A stretch of 64,000 nucleotides of DNA from Thermodesulfobacteriota bacterium (lineage in GTDB: Bacteria; Desulfobacterota; DSM-4660; Desulfatiglandales; HGW-15): positions 26,984-90,983 of the forward strand of contig JBHPCX010000002.1 in NCBI GenBank assembly GCA_042573485.1, read 5' to 3'. Below are positions 35,625-47,218 of the stretch, piece by piece; the stretch's first letter is position 1; every line of letters starts with the position of its first letter. The notes under the pieces were generated by a model. The model saw only the letters and a list, made by a program, of their open reading frames with translations, made no database searches and was not told where the DNA came from. Both the position numbers and the translations under genes were made by a program.

Positions 35625-37916
35625 TCATAACTTAGACACAGAATGTGCAGCGACAACTGCCTGACCCAGGCTGATGCCTCCGTCATTTGGGGGCAGCAGA
35701 CGGTGAATGTATACCTCGAAGCCTTTTTCCTTAAGAGACTTTATAAAACCCGATAGAAGTATTGAATTTTGAAAAGCACCCCCGCTCAGGGCAACCCTGT
35801 TGAGGCCATTATCCGCTCTTATTTTCTCACAGAGATGTGAAAACATCTTAATAATAGTCATGTGAAATTTCGCGCTTATTATATGAGGGTTAACCCCCTT
35901 TTTTATATCTTCGACAACTCCTGCTATAACAGGTTGGAGCATAACCCTGTATATATCCCCCGAACTCCATTCATAATCGTAGAACCCATCTATATTTTCA
36001 GCGGCCATCATCTCCAGTTCCATGGCTGCCTGGCCCTCAAAAAAAACATTATTCCTTACACCGATTATGGAAGCGACTCCATCAAACAAACGTCCAAGAC
36101 TTGATGTTACGGGGGAATTGACCTCTTTACCCATCATCTCGATCAGAATACCGGCTTTTTTTAAATCAACTCCGTTAATAAAAGGTATGCCCAGGTTCCG
36201 GTACTCATCACCAAAAGTATTATAAAGATAACTTATAGCCATCCGCCATGGCTCCTTGACTGCAGCCTCACCTCCCGGCATCGGAACCTTTGATAGCGTG
36301 GCACATTGAAGGAATTTCTCTGCTTCAGCGATCAGGATTTCCCCCCCCCACATGGTGCCGTCAAGTCCATAACCTGTACCGTCAAAGGAGAGGCCGATAA
36401 CCTCGCCTTCAAGCCTGTTTTCAGCCATACAGGCAGCAATATGAGCATGGTGGTGCTGAACCTGTATTTTTGGAACATCATTCTGCTCAAAGGCATACCT
36501 GGTGCTAAGATAATCTGGATGATAATCACAGGCAATAATCTCAGGTTCAATGCATAACATCTGTCTCATATGCTCAATAGTCCTGCAGAATAATTCATAG
36601 GTAATCATATTCTCCAGGTCTCCCAGATGCTGGCTTAAAAATGCCTTGTTTTCCCTGGTCAGGCATATGGTATTTTTCAGCTCGGCCCCGCAAGCAAGAA
36701 TCCGGGGAATTCTTTCTTTTAATAAGATAGGTGCCGGAACATAGCCCCTTGACCTGCGGATAGGCTGGATCACTTCTCCAGTCTTCTTTAAAATGGAGTC
36801 ATCAACAGGAATGTATATATCCCTGTCATGGATTAAAAAATAATCAGCGATCCCTTCAAGCCTGTTAAAAGCGTCATTATTATCAATAATCAAGGGCTCT
36901 CCGCTGATATTCCCGCTTGTCATGACCAGGGCAATGAAACCATGACTTAGAAGAAGGTAATGGAGAGGAGTATAAGGGAGCATTACTCCAAAATAATTAT
37001 TCACGGGAGAAACTTCATATGATATTGGATTATGTTTCCGTTTTTTCAAGAGAACGATTGGACGTATTAAAGATGTAAGGATTATTTCTTCTTCATGATT
37101 CACATAGGCATATATGTTAACCTTTTGCAGGTTATATGACATGAGGGCTAATGGCTTTTCTTCACGATGTTTTCTTTCTCTAAGATCGATAACCGCCTTG
37201 CTGTTTTCGGCATCTACTACAAGATGAAACCCGCCCAAACCCTTAACAGCCAGAATACATCCCTCGTTTAACAAAACTGCCGCCTGTCTTACTGGATTGG
37301 GAGTATCTATCTTTTTCCCGGAACTGTCATGGAGCGAAACCTTCGGACCGCAATTCAAACAGGCATTCGGCTGTGCATGAAACCTCCTGTCTGCCGGATC
37401 ATCATACTCCGCCATGCAACTATCACACATCTGAAAATTTTTCATGGAGGTGTTTGGCCTGTCATAGGGGATTTTATCAATGATCGAATAACGAGGCCCG
37501 CAGTTAATACAGTTTATAAAGGGATATAGATATCGGCGATTTCCGGGGTCAAATAGTTCCCGAAGACAATCATCACAGATCGACACATCCGGCATTATCA
37601 AGGCTGAAACTTGCTTATCGCTTTTACTCTCGGTGATTACAAGTTTTGTCATGTCCCTGAAAGACTCAGGCTTTATCATGATATCAGTAATAACAGCAAG
37701 GATCGGGCTTTTTTCCTTTAGGCTGGTTAAAAAATCCTCTATGTCAGACTGGTTTCCCTCTATATGGGCGAATAGACCTGAAGAGGTGTTTGCAATTTCC
37801 CCCTTAAGGTTGAACCTGCCTGCAAGCCGGTACAGAAACGGGCGGAACCCCACTCCCTGGACAATACCTCTTATTTCCAGCCCTTTAGCAATTAGATTAA
37901 TATCCCTGGGATCCAT
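35625..37916 (-). CDS. hypF: Carbamoyltransferase HypF
   Basis: 763 aa. Acylphosphatase domain (GIVQGVGFRPFLYRLA), two zinc-finger pairs (CDDC..CINCGPRYSI and CDSC..CLNCGP), and YrdC and Kae1-like domains. Confidence 0.9.
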   Translation of the reverse strand: MDPRDINLIAKGLEIRGIVQGVGFRPFLYRLAGRFNLKGEIANTSSGLFAHIEGNQSDIEDFLTSLKEKSPILAVITDIMIKPESFRDMTKLVITESKSDKQVSALIMPDVSICDDCLRELFDPGNRRYLYPFINCINCGPRYSIIDKIPYDRPNTSMKNFQMCDSCMAEYDDPADRRFHAQPNACLNCGPKVSLHDSSGKKIDTPNPVRQAAVLLNEGCILAVKGLGGFHLVVDAENSKAVIDLRERKHREEKPLALMSYNLQKVNIYAYVNHEEEIILTSLIRPIVLLKKRKHNPISYEVSPVNNYFGVMLPYTPLHYLLLSHGFIALVMTSGNISGEPLIIDNNDAFNRLEGIADYFLIHDRDIYIPVDDSILKKTGEVIQPIRRSRGYVPAPILLKERIPRILACGAELKNTICLTRENKAFLSQHLGDLENMITYELFCRTIEHMRQMLCIEPEIIACDYHPDYLSTRYAFEQNDVPKIQVQHHHAHIAACMAENRLEGEVIGLSFDGTGYGLDGTMWGGEILIAEAEKFLQCATLSKVPMPGGEAAVKEPWRMAISYLYNTFGDEYRNLGIPFINGVDLKKAGILIEMMGKEVNSPVTSSLGRLFDGVASIIGVRNNVFFEGQAAMELEMMAAENIDGFYDYEWSSGDIYRVMLQPVIAGVVEDIKKGVNPHIISAKFHMTIIKMFSHLCEKIRADNGLNRVALSGGAFQNSILLSGFIKSLKEKGFEVYIHRLLPPNDGGISLGQAVVAAHSVSKL

Positions 37917-38155
37917 CAGCTTTCGCTTTCTTCCTCAAAAGAGATGGCGGTTATTTCACGCAGTGCCTTAAGGGCCTCCATGGCCTCTTTCTCATCAATT
38001 TTATGGATAGCAAATCCGGCATGAACAATGACATATTCACCGATTTTTGGATCTTCAATTAGTAAAAGACTGGCCTCTGTATTTACACCTCCAATCTCAA
38101 TGATAGCAGTGCTGTTATCAATCTCGATAATTTTACATGGAATCGCGAGACACAT
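37916..38155 (-). CDS. hypC: Hydrogenase assembly chaperone HypC
   Basis: 79 aa starting with MCLAIP. One-nucleotide overlap with hypF. Confidence 0.9.
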   Translation of the reverse strand: MCLAIPCKIIEIDNSTAIIEIGGVNTEASLLLIEDPKIGEYVIVHAGFAIHKIDEKEAMEALKALREITAISFEEESES

Positions 38156-38612
38156 GATGTTCTATTCCGTTCTTTTTAATATCCTCGGCTACTTTTACAA
38201 TAATGTCTTTCTGTTTCACCAAAATTTCAGGAGATACTTTCGTCCCGAAAGAGCAGTTATCCCTGATTACAATGCCATATATCCCTCCGATTTCAGGAAT
38301 CTTATATTTCAACTCCTGTCCCAGTTTTAAGAGTTCAAAAAAATGAAGGCCATGGGAGGAATAGAGATGCAGTGACGGTGAATCCCGGGAGATCTTTTTA
38401 ATGGTGCCTATTTTGTCATCATTGCTTATAAGGGCATCAATGACAAATAACATGTCATAATCGGCCAGAATTTCAAGTAGTTGCAGATCGATCATAGTCG
38501 TAGTGGTAACTGAAACATCAGGGATCATGCCTTCCAGAGCATTGGCGATATGGAGGCCGATTCCATCATCGCACATGAAGGGATTGCCTATACCGAGTAT
38601 GAGTGTCTTCAA
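38133..38612 (-). CDS. NiFe-hydrogenase large-subunit C-terminal maturation endopeptidase
   Basis: 159 aa with LILGIGNPFMCDDGIG. TTG start one nucleotide after the large-subunit stop codon. Confidence 0.8.
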   Translation of the reverse strand: MKTLILGIGNPFMCDDGIGLHIANALEGMIPDVSVTTTTMIDLQLLEILADYDMLFVIDALISNDDKIGTIKKISRDSPSLHLYSSHGLHFFELLKLGQELKYKIPEIGGIYGIVIRDNCSFGTKVSPEILVKQKDIIVKVAEDIKKNGIEHHVSRDSM

Positions 38613-38613
38613 C

Positions 38614-40080
38614 TTATCCCCTCTTTATAGTCCTTATGAGATCCCCTTTAGGATTTCTGATATTCAGTGTTAAGGGCATTTGACCGGGCAAGGCATGGGT
38701 GGCACAGGATAAACAGGGATCATAGGCTCGAAAGGCCATCTCAACCCTGTTTAGCAGACCTTCTTTGATTTTGTCCCCTTTGATGAAGCCCCTGGCCGCC
38801 TTTTTAATTGATAGAGATATTGGTCCAGCATTGTTCTGGGTTGCTACAATCAGGTTGACTTTTGTAAGGATGCCTTGATCATCCGTCTCGTAGTGATGAA
38901 ACAGGGTCCCTCTTGGTGCCTCAACACAGCCTATCCCTATATTTTTTAAGGACAGATTCGTATTACGTATATCTTTGCTGGTCAACAGGGGATCATCGGC
39001 AATCATTTGATTATGTTCAGCCGCCTGAAGAGCACAAATCAATCTGGCCCAATGCATGGCCAATGTCTGATGAGCAGGCTTTCCACCCAGAGTTTCGAAC
39101 ATGAACTCATATTCCTCCTGCGCGAGAGGTGTTGCCATTCCGTCCGCCACATTCAACCGCGCCAGAGGAGCCACTCGATAAAGAGAAGTCCCCTCTCCCT
39201 CGATGAAACCTTTCCATCCAATCTTTTTTAAATGGCAGAATTTGATATAATTCCAAGGCTCCACCCATTCACCAATATGATCTAAATAATCACGGGGATC
39301 AAACCTGACAAATTCCTTACCTGCTGGATCTATTACTTTAACCTTCCCATCGTAAAAAGTCACTTTATCGTTCTCATCCACAAGGCTCATGTAATAGGTC
39401 TTGAGGTCGTAGGCATCATGGAGAATCAAGTCAAGATTATTCTTGTTTTTTAAAACTATATCCTTAAATAATCCCAGAGCAAACCTTGCAAACTCAACGG
39501 AGTAGTCGGCAGTTTCTTTGATCCATTCTCTCTCTTCAGAGGTTACGCCTCTTGATACACCGCCGGGCAGCCCCCCTTCGGGATGGGGTGCCTTACTGAA
39601 AAGGAGTCTGATAATATCTCTATTTCGTCTTCGTACTTCTATTACTTTGTTACCGATCTCCTTTCCCACCTGTTGAATCACACCGAGAATATTTCTTTTG
39701 GAGGGATCCCCATCCGGACCGATGATAAAATCAGGCGCCGCAAGGAAGAAAAAATGGATATAATGATCTTCAATATAAAAGGCATTGAATTCAAGCTGTC
39801 TAATGAGTTTGGCGGTTTTGGTAGGTTCCGCATCATAGAGATCGTCGAGAGCCTTTGACGCAGCCATGTGATGAGCGGATGGACATACACCGCAGATGTT
39901 GGGCACGATTCTTGTCATTTCTTCCGCCGGTCGCCCGATGCAGAATTTTTCAAAACCTCTCAGTTCGGTTACCTGCCAGAAGGTCTCTTCAACATCCCCA
40001 TTTTCATCAAGAAAAATTTCTATTTTACCATGGCCCTCAAGCCGGGTTATTGGATCAATTGTTATCCTTTTTGCCGTCAT
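38614..40080 (-). CDS. Cytoplasmic (group 3, Mvh-type) NiFe hydrogenase large subunit
   Basis: 488 aa. N-terminal RLEGHGK and CGVCPSAH, and C-terminal DPCLSCATH followed by a cleavable extension. All four Ni ligands are Cys, with no in-frame TGA. Confidence 0.85.
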   Translation of the reverse strand: MTAKRITIDPITRLEGHGKIEIFLDENGDVEETFWQVTELRGFEKFCIGRPAEEMTRIVPNICGVCPSAHHMAASKALDDLYDAEPTKTAKLIRQLEFNAFYIEDHYIHFFFLAAPDFIIGPDGDPSKRNILGVIQQVGKEIGNKVIEVRRRNRDIIRLLFSKAPHPEGGLPGGVSRGVTSEEREWIKETADYSVEFARFALGLFKDIVLKNKNNLDLILHDAYDLKTYYMSLVDENDKVTFYDGKVKVIDPAGKEFVRFDPRDYLDHIGEWVEPWNYIKFCHLKKIGWKGFIEGEGTSLYRVAPLARLNVADGMATPLAQEEYEFMFETLGGKPAHQTLAMHWARLICALQAAEHNQMIADDPLLTSKDIRNTNLSLKNIGIGCVEAPRGTLFHHYETDDQGILTKVNLIVATQNNAGPISLSIKKAARGFIKGDKIKEGLLNRVEMAFRAYDPCLSCATHALPGQMPLTLNIRNPKGDLIRTIKRG

Positions 40081-40082
40081 AT

Positions 40083-41066
40083 TTAATCCTCCATGCGCTT
40101 CTTTGTGCTTCTTTTTCCCAAAATGGATGACGGTTGAGTGAAGCGATACAGGTATCCGGCAGGGTCATCAATAGAATCGATGGCTTCTTCAACGTCTTCA
40201 TCCTTTTCAACGGTAATCAAAGAAGTAAGAGTGGACAGGAATTTAGGGCCTGAACCCGCTACACTTGGAACAGGACCGAAGCAGCCGCGACAGGGTATAT
40301 TGATCCGGATGCAGCTTTCCCCGCAACCTGTGCGGGTTGCCGGCCCCAGGCAAATGATTCCCTCGGCAAGGAAACAGGCATCAGGATCCGCGTCAACTTC
40401 ATGAATCCGGGTAATTTTTTTAATCTCAATTCGGCTGGGTTTTCTCTTGTTCCTGGGGCATGTATCACAAAGTGCCTTTCGCGGCGCCAGGGTTGAACCT
40501 TTGGGCGGAAGGTCCCCTGAAAGTGTTCCCTTCATGACATTGGCAATCAAATCAGTTGTCGGCGGACATCCGGGGAGGTAATAGTCCACATCAATAATCT
40601 GGTCCAGAGTATAGACATGCTCAAAAAATTCCGGAAGGGTTAGATTTTTTCCTTCTAACCTCGTCTCACTTTGGGGAAAGGAATTGTTCGGATTTACGAC
40701 TGTAGGTGCATCCCGATAGACCCAATTGAATATTTCTTCCCTGGATGTAAAATTTGCCAGCCCAGGACTGCCGCCGAAGCAGGCGCAAGTTCCAAGGGCG
40801 AGGACCAGTTGGGATTTTTCGCGTAATAATTCTGCCATTTCCTTATGGTCGGAATTTCTCACAGAACCTGATAAAATGCTAAGTGTAATTTCATTTTCTC
40901 CCATGGAACGAAGGCTTTCATACTTCATATCCATGGCCACAGGCCAAAAAACGATTTCAATGGATTCAGCTATCGTCAGTAACTCCTGGTTGAGATCCAC
41001 AATAGCTTCATCACACCCTGCGCATGCCCCTAACCAGTATATGGCAACCTTGCTTTTTTGTTGCAT
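40083..41066 (-). CDS. Mvh-type NiFe hydrogenase small subunit
   Basis: The track ORF starts at TTG 41090. I prefer the ATG at 41066 with RBS GGGGGA. Motifs are VAIYWLGACAGCDE, GTCACFGG and a C-terminal Cys cluster. No Tat signal, so the enzyme is cytoplasmic. Confidence 0.8.
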   Translation of the reverse strand: MQQKSKVAIYWLGACAGCDEAIVDLNQELLTIAESIEIVFWPVAMDMKYESLRSMGENEITLSILSGSVRNSDHKEMAELLREKSQLVLALGTCACFGGSPGLANFTSREEIFNWVYRDAPTVVNPNNSFPQSETRLEGKNLTLPEFFEHVYTLDQIIDVDYYLPGCPPTTDLIANVMKGTLSGDLPPKGSTLAPRKALCDTCPRNKRKPSRIEIKKITRIHEVDADPDACFLAEGIICLGPATRTGCGESCIRINIPCRGCFGPVPSVAGSGPKFLSTLTSLITVEKDEDVEEAIDSIDDPAGYLYRFTQPSSILGKRSTKKRMED

Positions 41067-41086
41067 CCTTATTTCCCCCGATGGTT

Positions 41087-41482
41087 TCAAATACTTTTAA
41101 CCGGTCCCAGTTTAATCAAAGAGGCCTTCATGTCCTGGATAAGTTGAGGTATCATCCGGCCTTCCGGATCGAGTGACAGATTGATGTCCAGTCTTTCGGG
41201 TTCAATGCCGAAGTCATCCATGACTTTTTTAATAAGATAGACCTTCTTTCGGGTTTGATAGTTCCCGTCCTGAAAATGACAATGTCCTTCCGGGCATCCA
41301 AGGATAAGAACGCCGTCCGCGCCTGATCGAAAGGCCTTCAAAATATGGCTTGTCTCAATCTTCCCGCTGCAGGTTACAGGTATCCAGTTTTGTTTATCGA
41401 CCGACAGGGAGAAGTGATCATTCAGGTAACCCCACCCAAATTTACAGGAAAAATAAACCAGCTTGGGATCATATTCATCCAT
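41087..41482 (-). CDS. mvhD: MvhD/FlpD-like hydrogenase delta subunit
   Basis: 131 aa with CSGKIETSHILKAFRSGADGVLILGCPEGHCHFQDGN. RBS AGGAGG. Confidence 0.7.
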   Translation of the reverse strand: MDEYDPKLVYFSCKFGWGYLNDHFSLSVDKQNWIPVTCSGKIETSHILKAFRSGADGVLILGCPEGHCHFQDGNYQTRKKVYLIKKVMDDFGIEPERLDINLSLDPEGRMIPQLIQDMKASLIKLGPVKSI

Positions 41483-41494
41483 ATCGTTCCTCCT

Positions 41495-43294
41495 TTATGC
41501 GCCTTGAAGCCCGGAGTAAACAGCTTCCATTTTTTGTTCAAATGTGTCTCCCTCCAGATGTCTTGCATTGGAGGGGCATGCCACAACACACATACCACAG
41601 GATTTGCACTTAAATACATCCGTCGTGGATATTCTCTTTTCCTCGATATCCCTGGATTCGGCTGCATTGTAATAGCAGACTGAAACACAGACACCACAGC
41701 CGGAACATCGATCCGGATTCACCTCCACCGCAGGGAGTGATTCCTGAATGCCGACCGACAGGCATGCCTTACATGAGATACAGGGGCCGCAGGTAAGACA
41801 CCGTTTTGCCTCTTCAACGGCCTCAGGAAGGGTAAATCCCTTTTCAAATAGTTGAAAATGCATTCTTTTCTCCGGAGGAATCCAGAGAACTTCAGGTTCC
41901 ATCTCGTAGACCCTCCTTCGGGGAATATCCTGGGACTCATAATCTCTTTTTCTATCTTTGTTTATCAGGACTCCGTTCAGATATCTCTCGATGGATTCAG
42001 CAGCTACAAGTCCGTCCTTCATTGCATCCACCATAAAACCGATCCTTTTGACATCACCTCCGATAAAGACCCATTCTTTTTTGAGATTCTGTAAGGTCAA
42101 AGAATCAAGCGCCAAATGCCCTCGTTCGTTGAAAAGGTCTTCCTTTTCGAGAGAAAGGATATCCGGCCCCTGCCCGACCGTGATGATCAGGACATCGCCT
42201 TCCAGTGTGATTGTATCCTGCATATCAAATTCGGGATTAAATCCCGATTTGTCATAGACCCTTACGCATCTGGGACACACGATCTTTTTCATTCTTTCTC
42301 CCGCACCGATGATTTGACTCACCCCACGGGAATAGACTATCCGTATACCTTCTTCCCAGGCACCCCTTATTTCGTCCCAATCTGCGGGTATACGGTCTTT
42401 TGAACTCCTGTCCTCGGATTCAAGGCATACTATTGAAGCATCTCCCGAAAGTCTACGGACGGTCCTGGCTACATCAAAGGCCACATTACCGCCACCAATA
42501 ACAAGGACCTTTTTCCCCTTAAAATAATGGGGTTTGATATTGCCGTGACTGACTTCATAAAGAAATGTCTGCCCGTACATGACACCGGAAAGGTCCTGCC
42601 CGTCCACCTCTTTCCTGTTAAATGTCAGGGTACGCGGAGCGGGTGTTCCGGTGGCTATGAATACGGCCTGATATCCTTCATTTTTAAGCCTTTCAAGGTC
42701 CCACTTACCGTTTCCAACCTTGGTATTGTATTTCACATCAATCCCAACCAGCCTGACAAGATTTTCAAGACAGGAGGTCAGTGTTTTTTCAGGCAATCGG
42801 TAACGAGGGATAAGCCACAGGGCTCCGCCCAAGCGATCCGAAGATTCAAAAATAGTCACCCTGTATCCCCTCTTACTCAAATCGAAGGCACACATAAGTC
42901 CGGCAGGTCCCCCACCTACAACAGCGACATTTTCTTTGTTCTTAATTATTGATTGTTCTTCTTTTTTATCCAGCCGGTAGATGTAAGTATCCGCAATGAA
43001 TCTCTTAAGAAGTCTCCTCCTGATTGCCCCGCCCTTAGCCTGGTAATTGCACTCAAGCTCGCACAAGCCACACACATAACCGCATATGGGGAAAAACGGA
43101 TTTCTTTCATAGAGATAATCCCCTATTTGAGCAATTCCATCTGCTGCACTTTCCGGATCTTCGGGAAGGAGACCAATCAGAACATTGGTTCTTTGAATGT
43201 CCTCGTTAATGGGACAGCGTATCTGGCAGGGGGGTAAAAACTGTCTCACAGCGGGTTCAACTCTTGTAGAGTCTGTACTAAGCGATTTCCACAT
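41495..43294 (-). CDS. GltD/NfnB/SudA-like FAD- and NAD(P)H-dependent oxidoreductase with a C-terminal 2x[4Fe-4S] ferredoxin domain
   Basis: 599 aa. N-terminal Fe-S Cys (CQIRCP, CGYVCGLCELEC), VAVVGGGPAGLMCAFDLSKRGYRVTIFESSDRLGG, a second dinucleotide fold VLVIGGGNVAFD, and C-terminal CSGCGVCVSVC and CKSCGMCVVACP. Confidence 0.7.
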   Translation of the reverse strand: MWKSLSTDSTRVEPAVRQFLPPCQIRCPINEDIQRTNVLIGLLPEDPESAADGIAQIGDYLYERNPFFPICGYVCGLCELECNYQAKGGAIRRRLLKRFIADTYIYRLDKKEEQSIIKNKENVAVVGGGPAGLMCAFDLSKRGYRVTIFESSDRLGGALWLIPRYRLPEKTLTSCLENLVRLVGIDVKYNTKVGNGKWDLERLKNEGYQAVFIATGTPAPRTLTFNRKEVDGQDLSGVMYGQTFLYEVSHGNIKPHYFKGKKVLVIGGGNVAFDVARTVRRLSGDASIVCLESEDRSSKDRIPADWDEIRGAWEEGIRIVYSRGVSQIIGAGERMKKIVCPRCVRVYDKSGFNPEFDMQDTITLEGDVLIITVGQGPDILSLEKEDLFNERGHLALDSLTLQNLKKEWVFIGGDVKRIGFMVDAMKDGLVAAESIERYLNGVLINKDRKRDYESQDIPRRRVYEMEPEVLWIPPEKRMHFQLFEKGFTLPEAVEEAKRCLTCGPCISCKACLSVGIQESLPAVEVNPDRCSGCGVCVSVCYYNAAESRDIEEKRISTTDVFKCKSCGMCVVACPSNARHLEGDTFEQKMEAVYSGLQGA

Positions 43295-43448
43295 TTTCGG
43301 TCCTCCCGAAAAGAAGGTTTTTATATATACTTAGCATAAATATTTATAATGTTATTTTTTAACATATATGACAATAAAAATATTTCAATTTTGTAAAATT
43401 AAAAGAATTTATATCGTTCCAATAACCTTTACAATCTTCAATTCTGCC

Positions 43449-44843
43449 TTAATCCTTATTCTCTTTCTCGAAGGCTATGAAAGGATGTAAAAATGAATTA
43501 AAACCTGAAGCGACATTCAGACCACGTAGACCGCGGATAATCCGAACAATTTCAAAAGCAGGCATCTCTTCCGGTTCATTAACACTTCTCAAAATTTGAA
43601 AACTGATGAGTCTTAAAAAAGTTGAAGTTATAAAGATGAATTGAATGGGCAAAAGGTTCAAGTTAAACAGGCGAATATCCATGTTAACTAATTTATTAAG
43701 GAAAAATCCAGCAATAATTGGACTCGTTGCCGCCCCCAATCCTCCAATAATATTGAATACTGATAAGAAAAATGGTTTGTTATCGTGCTGTGAAATACGA
43801 AGAAGGAGATTGTTTGTGCAAAGGTTTATCCCTGACCAGAAAAATCCGCTGATAAGTTGAAGTACCATAGGTATCACCACATTGGTTGGATGAATTATGG
43901 CCCATGCCAAAGGTATGAAGACAACGATCCAACCCGCGAACCGGATTACTGCTTTGTTTTTCACTATATCTGATAGCCTCCCCCAGACAAGCATCCCAGT
44001 CAAATCTGCACTTGTTGAAAGTACGCCTAAAACAGCCACAAATCCGTAACTGAAACTCAACTCACGTAAAAAATAAAGAGTAAAAAAAGGGCTGGCAAAA
44101 TGAACTGAAAAACCCCAAAAAAAGGCAAAGATTAAATATTTTTTAAAATTTGAATCACTCAAAGGCTGGGATATCAGCATTTTAAAATCAGATGATTCAT
44201 AAGGTTGTACATTCTTCAGGGGTTCTGTAATTTTTTTCAGAAAATTTAAGCTTAAGATACCAAAGAGTATTGCAGAAAAAAACGTGATATAAAAAGGAAT
44301 CGGCAGTATGCCTAAAGAAATGTATTTAAAATGATCTAAAAATTGCCCAAAAATTATCATCACAATCATACCTGCGGCGCCACACAGCATGTTACGGGTA
44401 CCAAAAAAGCGGCCTCGCATTCCATCAGGAACCAGTTCAGAAGTCCAGGAGAGCCAGGCTATGTGGCTAACTGATGCAAAGGAATATGAAAAAAAGATCA
44501 ATGTGAGAATCAGGTATAAACGTGTCATAATGTCAATTAAAGGTAGGAAAGCAATAATAGTAATGGGTATCCAAATAATTCTGGTAAAAAATGCGCCAAA
44601 AAATGCAACTTTTTTTCTTCGCCCGTTTTTCCAGATAAAATAAGATGCGGGTAACTGGAAAAGAGTGGCAATAAAAGGCATGGATCCTAACAGGCCGATC
44701 ATGAATTCGTTCATACCGAGTTGAATGGCGAAACCTGTTAGAAAGACACCACCGGTAAGGGTCGCAAACATATTCGCAAAGATACCGTCGTATATGGAAT
44801 TTCTGAGGTCCGAGTTCTGCTTAAGCATTATTGATTTTTTCAC
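43449..44843 (-). CDS. MFS-type transporter
   Basis: 464 aa with about 12 TM segments. GTG start, so the exact start is uncertain. Confidence 0.55.
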   Translation of the reverse strand: MKKSIMLKQNSDLRNSIYDGIFANMFATLTGGVFLTGFAIQLGMNEFMIGLLGSMPFIATLFQLPASYFIWKNGRRKKVAFFGAFFTRIIWIPITIIAFLPLIDIMTRLYLILTLIFFSYSFASVSHIAWLSWTSELVPDGMRGRFFGTRNMLCGAAGMIVMIIFGQFLDHFKYISLGILPIPFYITFFSAILFGILSLNFLKKITEPLKNVQPYESSDFKMLISQPLSDSNFKKYLIFAFFWGFSVHFASPFFTLYFLRELSFSYGFVAVLGVLSTSADLTGMLVWGRLSDIVKNKAVIRFAGWIVVFIPLAWAIIHPTNVVIPMVLQLISGFFWSGINLCTNNLLLRISQHDNKPFFLSVFNIIGGLGAATSPIIAGFFLNKLVNMDIRLFNLNLLPIQFIFITSTFLRLISFQILRSVNEPEEMPAFEIVRIIRGLRGLNVASGFNSFLHPFIAFEKENKD

Positions 44844-44911
44844 TTTCTAAAAAAACAACCCCTCAAAAGCATTGAGGAGCCATACAATCCCATAAGGTTA
44901 TATTTACACCC

Positions 44912-45076
44912 TTAACTTTTTTTTGATGTTTTTACCTGAAAGTTAGTGAGTTGCTGCTTCACGTTCACACTTTTGCATTTTGGGCATTTGAAGTTCTTTT
45001 TCTCATATTCCGAAATAGACAAGGTCAGGATAAAGACTTTTTTACATTTTTCACATAAAAAATCGTAAAAAGGCAT
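44912..45076 (-). CDS. FmdB-family zinc-ribbon protein
   Basis: I prefer the internal ATG at 45076 (RBS GGAGA), giving 54 aa: MPFYDFLCEKCKKVF...FKCPKCKS. This is the canonical CxxC...CxxC pattern. Confidence 0.6.
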   Translation of the reverse strand: MPFYDFLCEKCKKVFILTLSISEYEKKNFKCPKCKSVNVKQQLTNFQVKTSKKS

Positions 45077-45241
45077 GTTAAATCTCCTGCCTTGATGGAT
45101 TCCCTGATAATTGGTGACGAGGTTCCTTGAAGGTAAATTAACCATCTCGGAAAGGAGGAGATTAATCCTCCTTAAAACCCCGTCATCCAATTATTATCCC
45201 ATTTCTCAGATACAATACCGTTATTAATATTAACCTGGAAT

Positions 45242-46879
<1,638 letters not shown>

Positions 46880-47167
46880 TTATTGTAATACTGCGAGAAT
46901 ATCATCCTCTCGCATAATCAAATGCTCAATGCCGTCTAACTTAATTTCACTACCCGAATATTTGCCAAACATTACGCGGTCTCCTTTTTTCACATCCATG
47001 GGTATTTTTTTTCCTTTATCATCTACCTTTCCTGATCCGACAGCTACTACTTTGCCTTCCTGAGGTTTTTCCTTTGCTGTATCAGGTATTACAATTCCTC
47101 CTTTTGTCTTTTGTTCCTCTTCGATTCTTAAAACAAGAACTCGATCGTTTAATGGCTTTATTTTCAT
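46880..47167 (-). CDS. groS: Co-chaperonin GroES
   Basis: [14 protein letters not shown]... The ATG at 47167 has better RBS spacing than the track start at 47173. Confidence 0.9.
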   Translation of the reverse strand: MKIKPLNDRVLVLRIEEEQKTKGGIVIPDTAKEKPQEGKVVAVGSGKVDDKGKKIPMDVKKGDRVMFGKYSGSEIKLDGIEHLIMREDDILAVLQ

Positions 47168-47218
47168 ATTCATATCCTCCTTTTCAAATAATTCATCTTG
47201 CTCTAAATCTTAGTCAAC

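Noticed and set aside
38614-40080. NiFeSe hydrogenase / selenocysteine recoding
   Set aside because: The C-terminal motif is DPCLSCATH with Cys at the position where Sec would be. There is no in-frame TGA in the hydrogenase, MvhD or flavoprotein genes.
41495-43294. Calling the 599-aa flavoprotein HdrA
   Set aside because: The dinucleotide-binding signature and N-terminal Cys pattern fit GltD/NfnB/SudA-type proteins. It lacks the size and Cys-rich inserts I associate with HdrA, so it is kept as GltD-like pending phylogeny.
44912-45190. 92-aa version of the zinc-ribbon ORF
   Set aside because: The family normally starts MP.Y.(Y/F).C. An internal ATG with a GGAGA RBS gives exactly that, so the upstream 38 codons are probably untranslated.
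47174-47218. CIRCE (HrcA) operator upstream of groES
   Set aside because: I looked for TTAGCACTC-N9-GAGTGCTAA and found no resemblance in the gap or in the 3-prime end of the GNAT gene.
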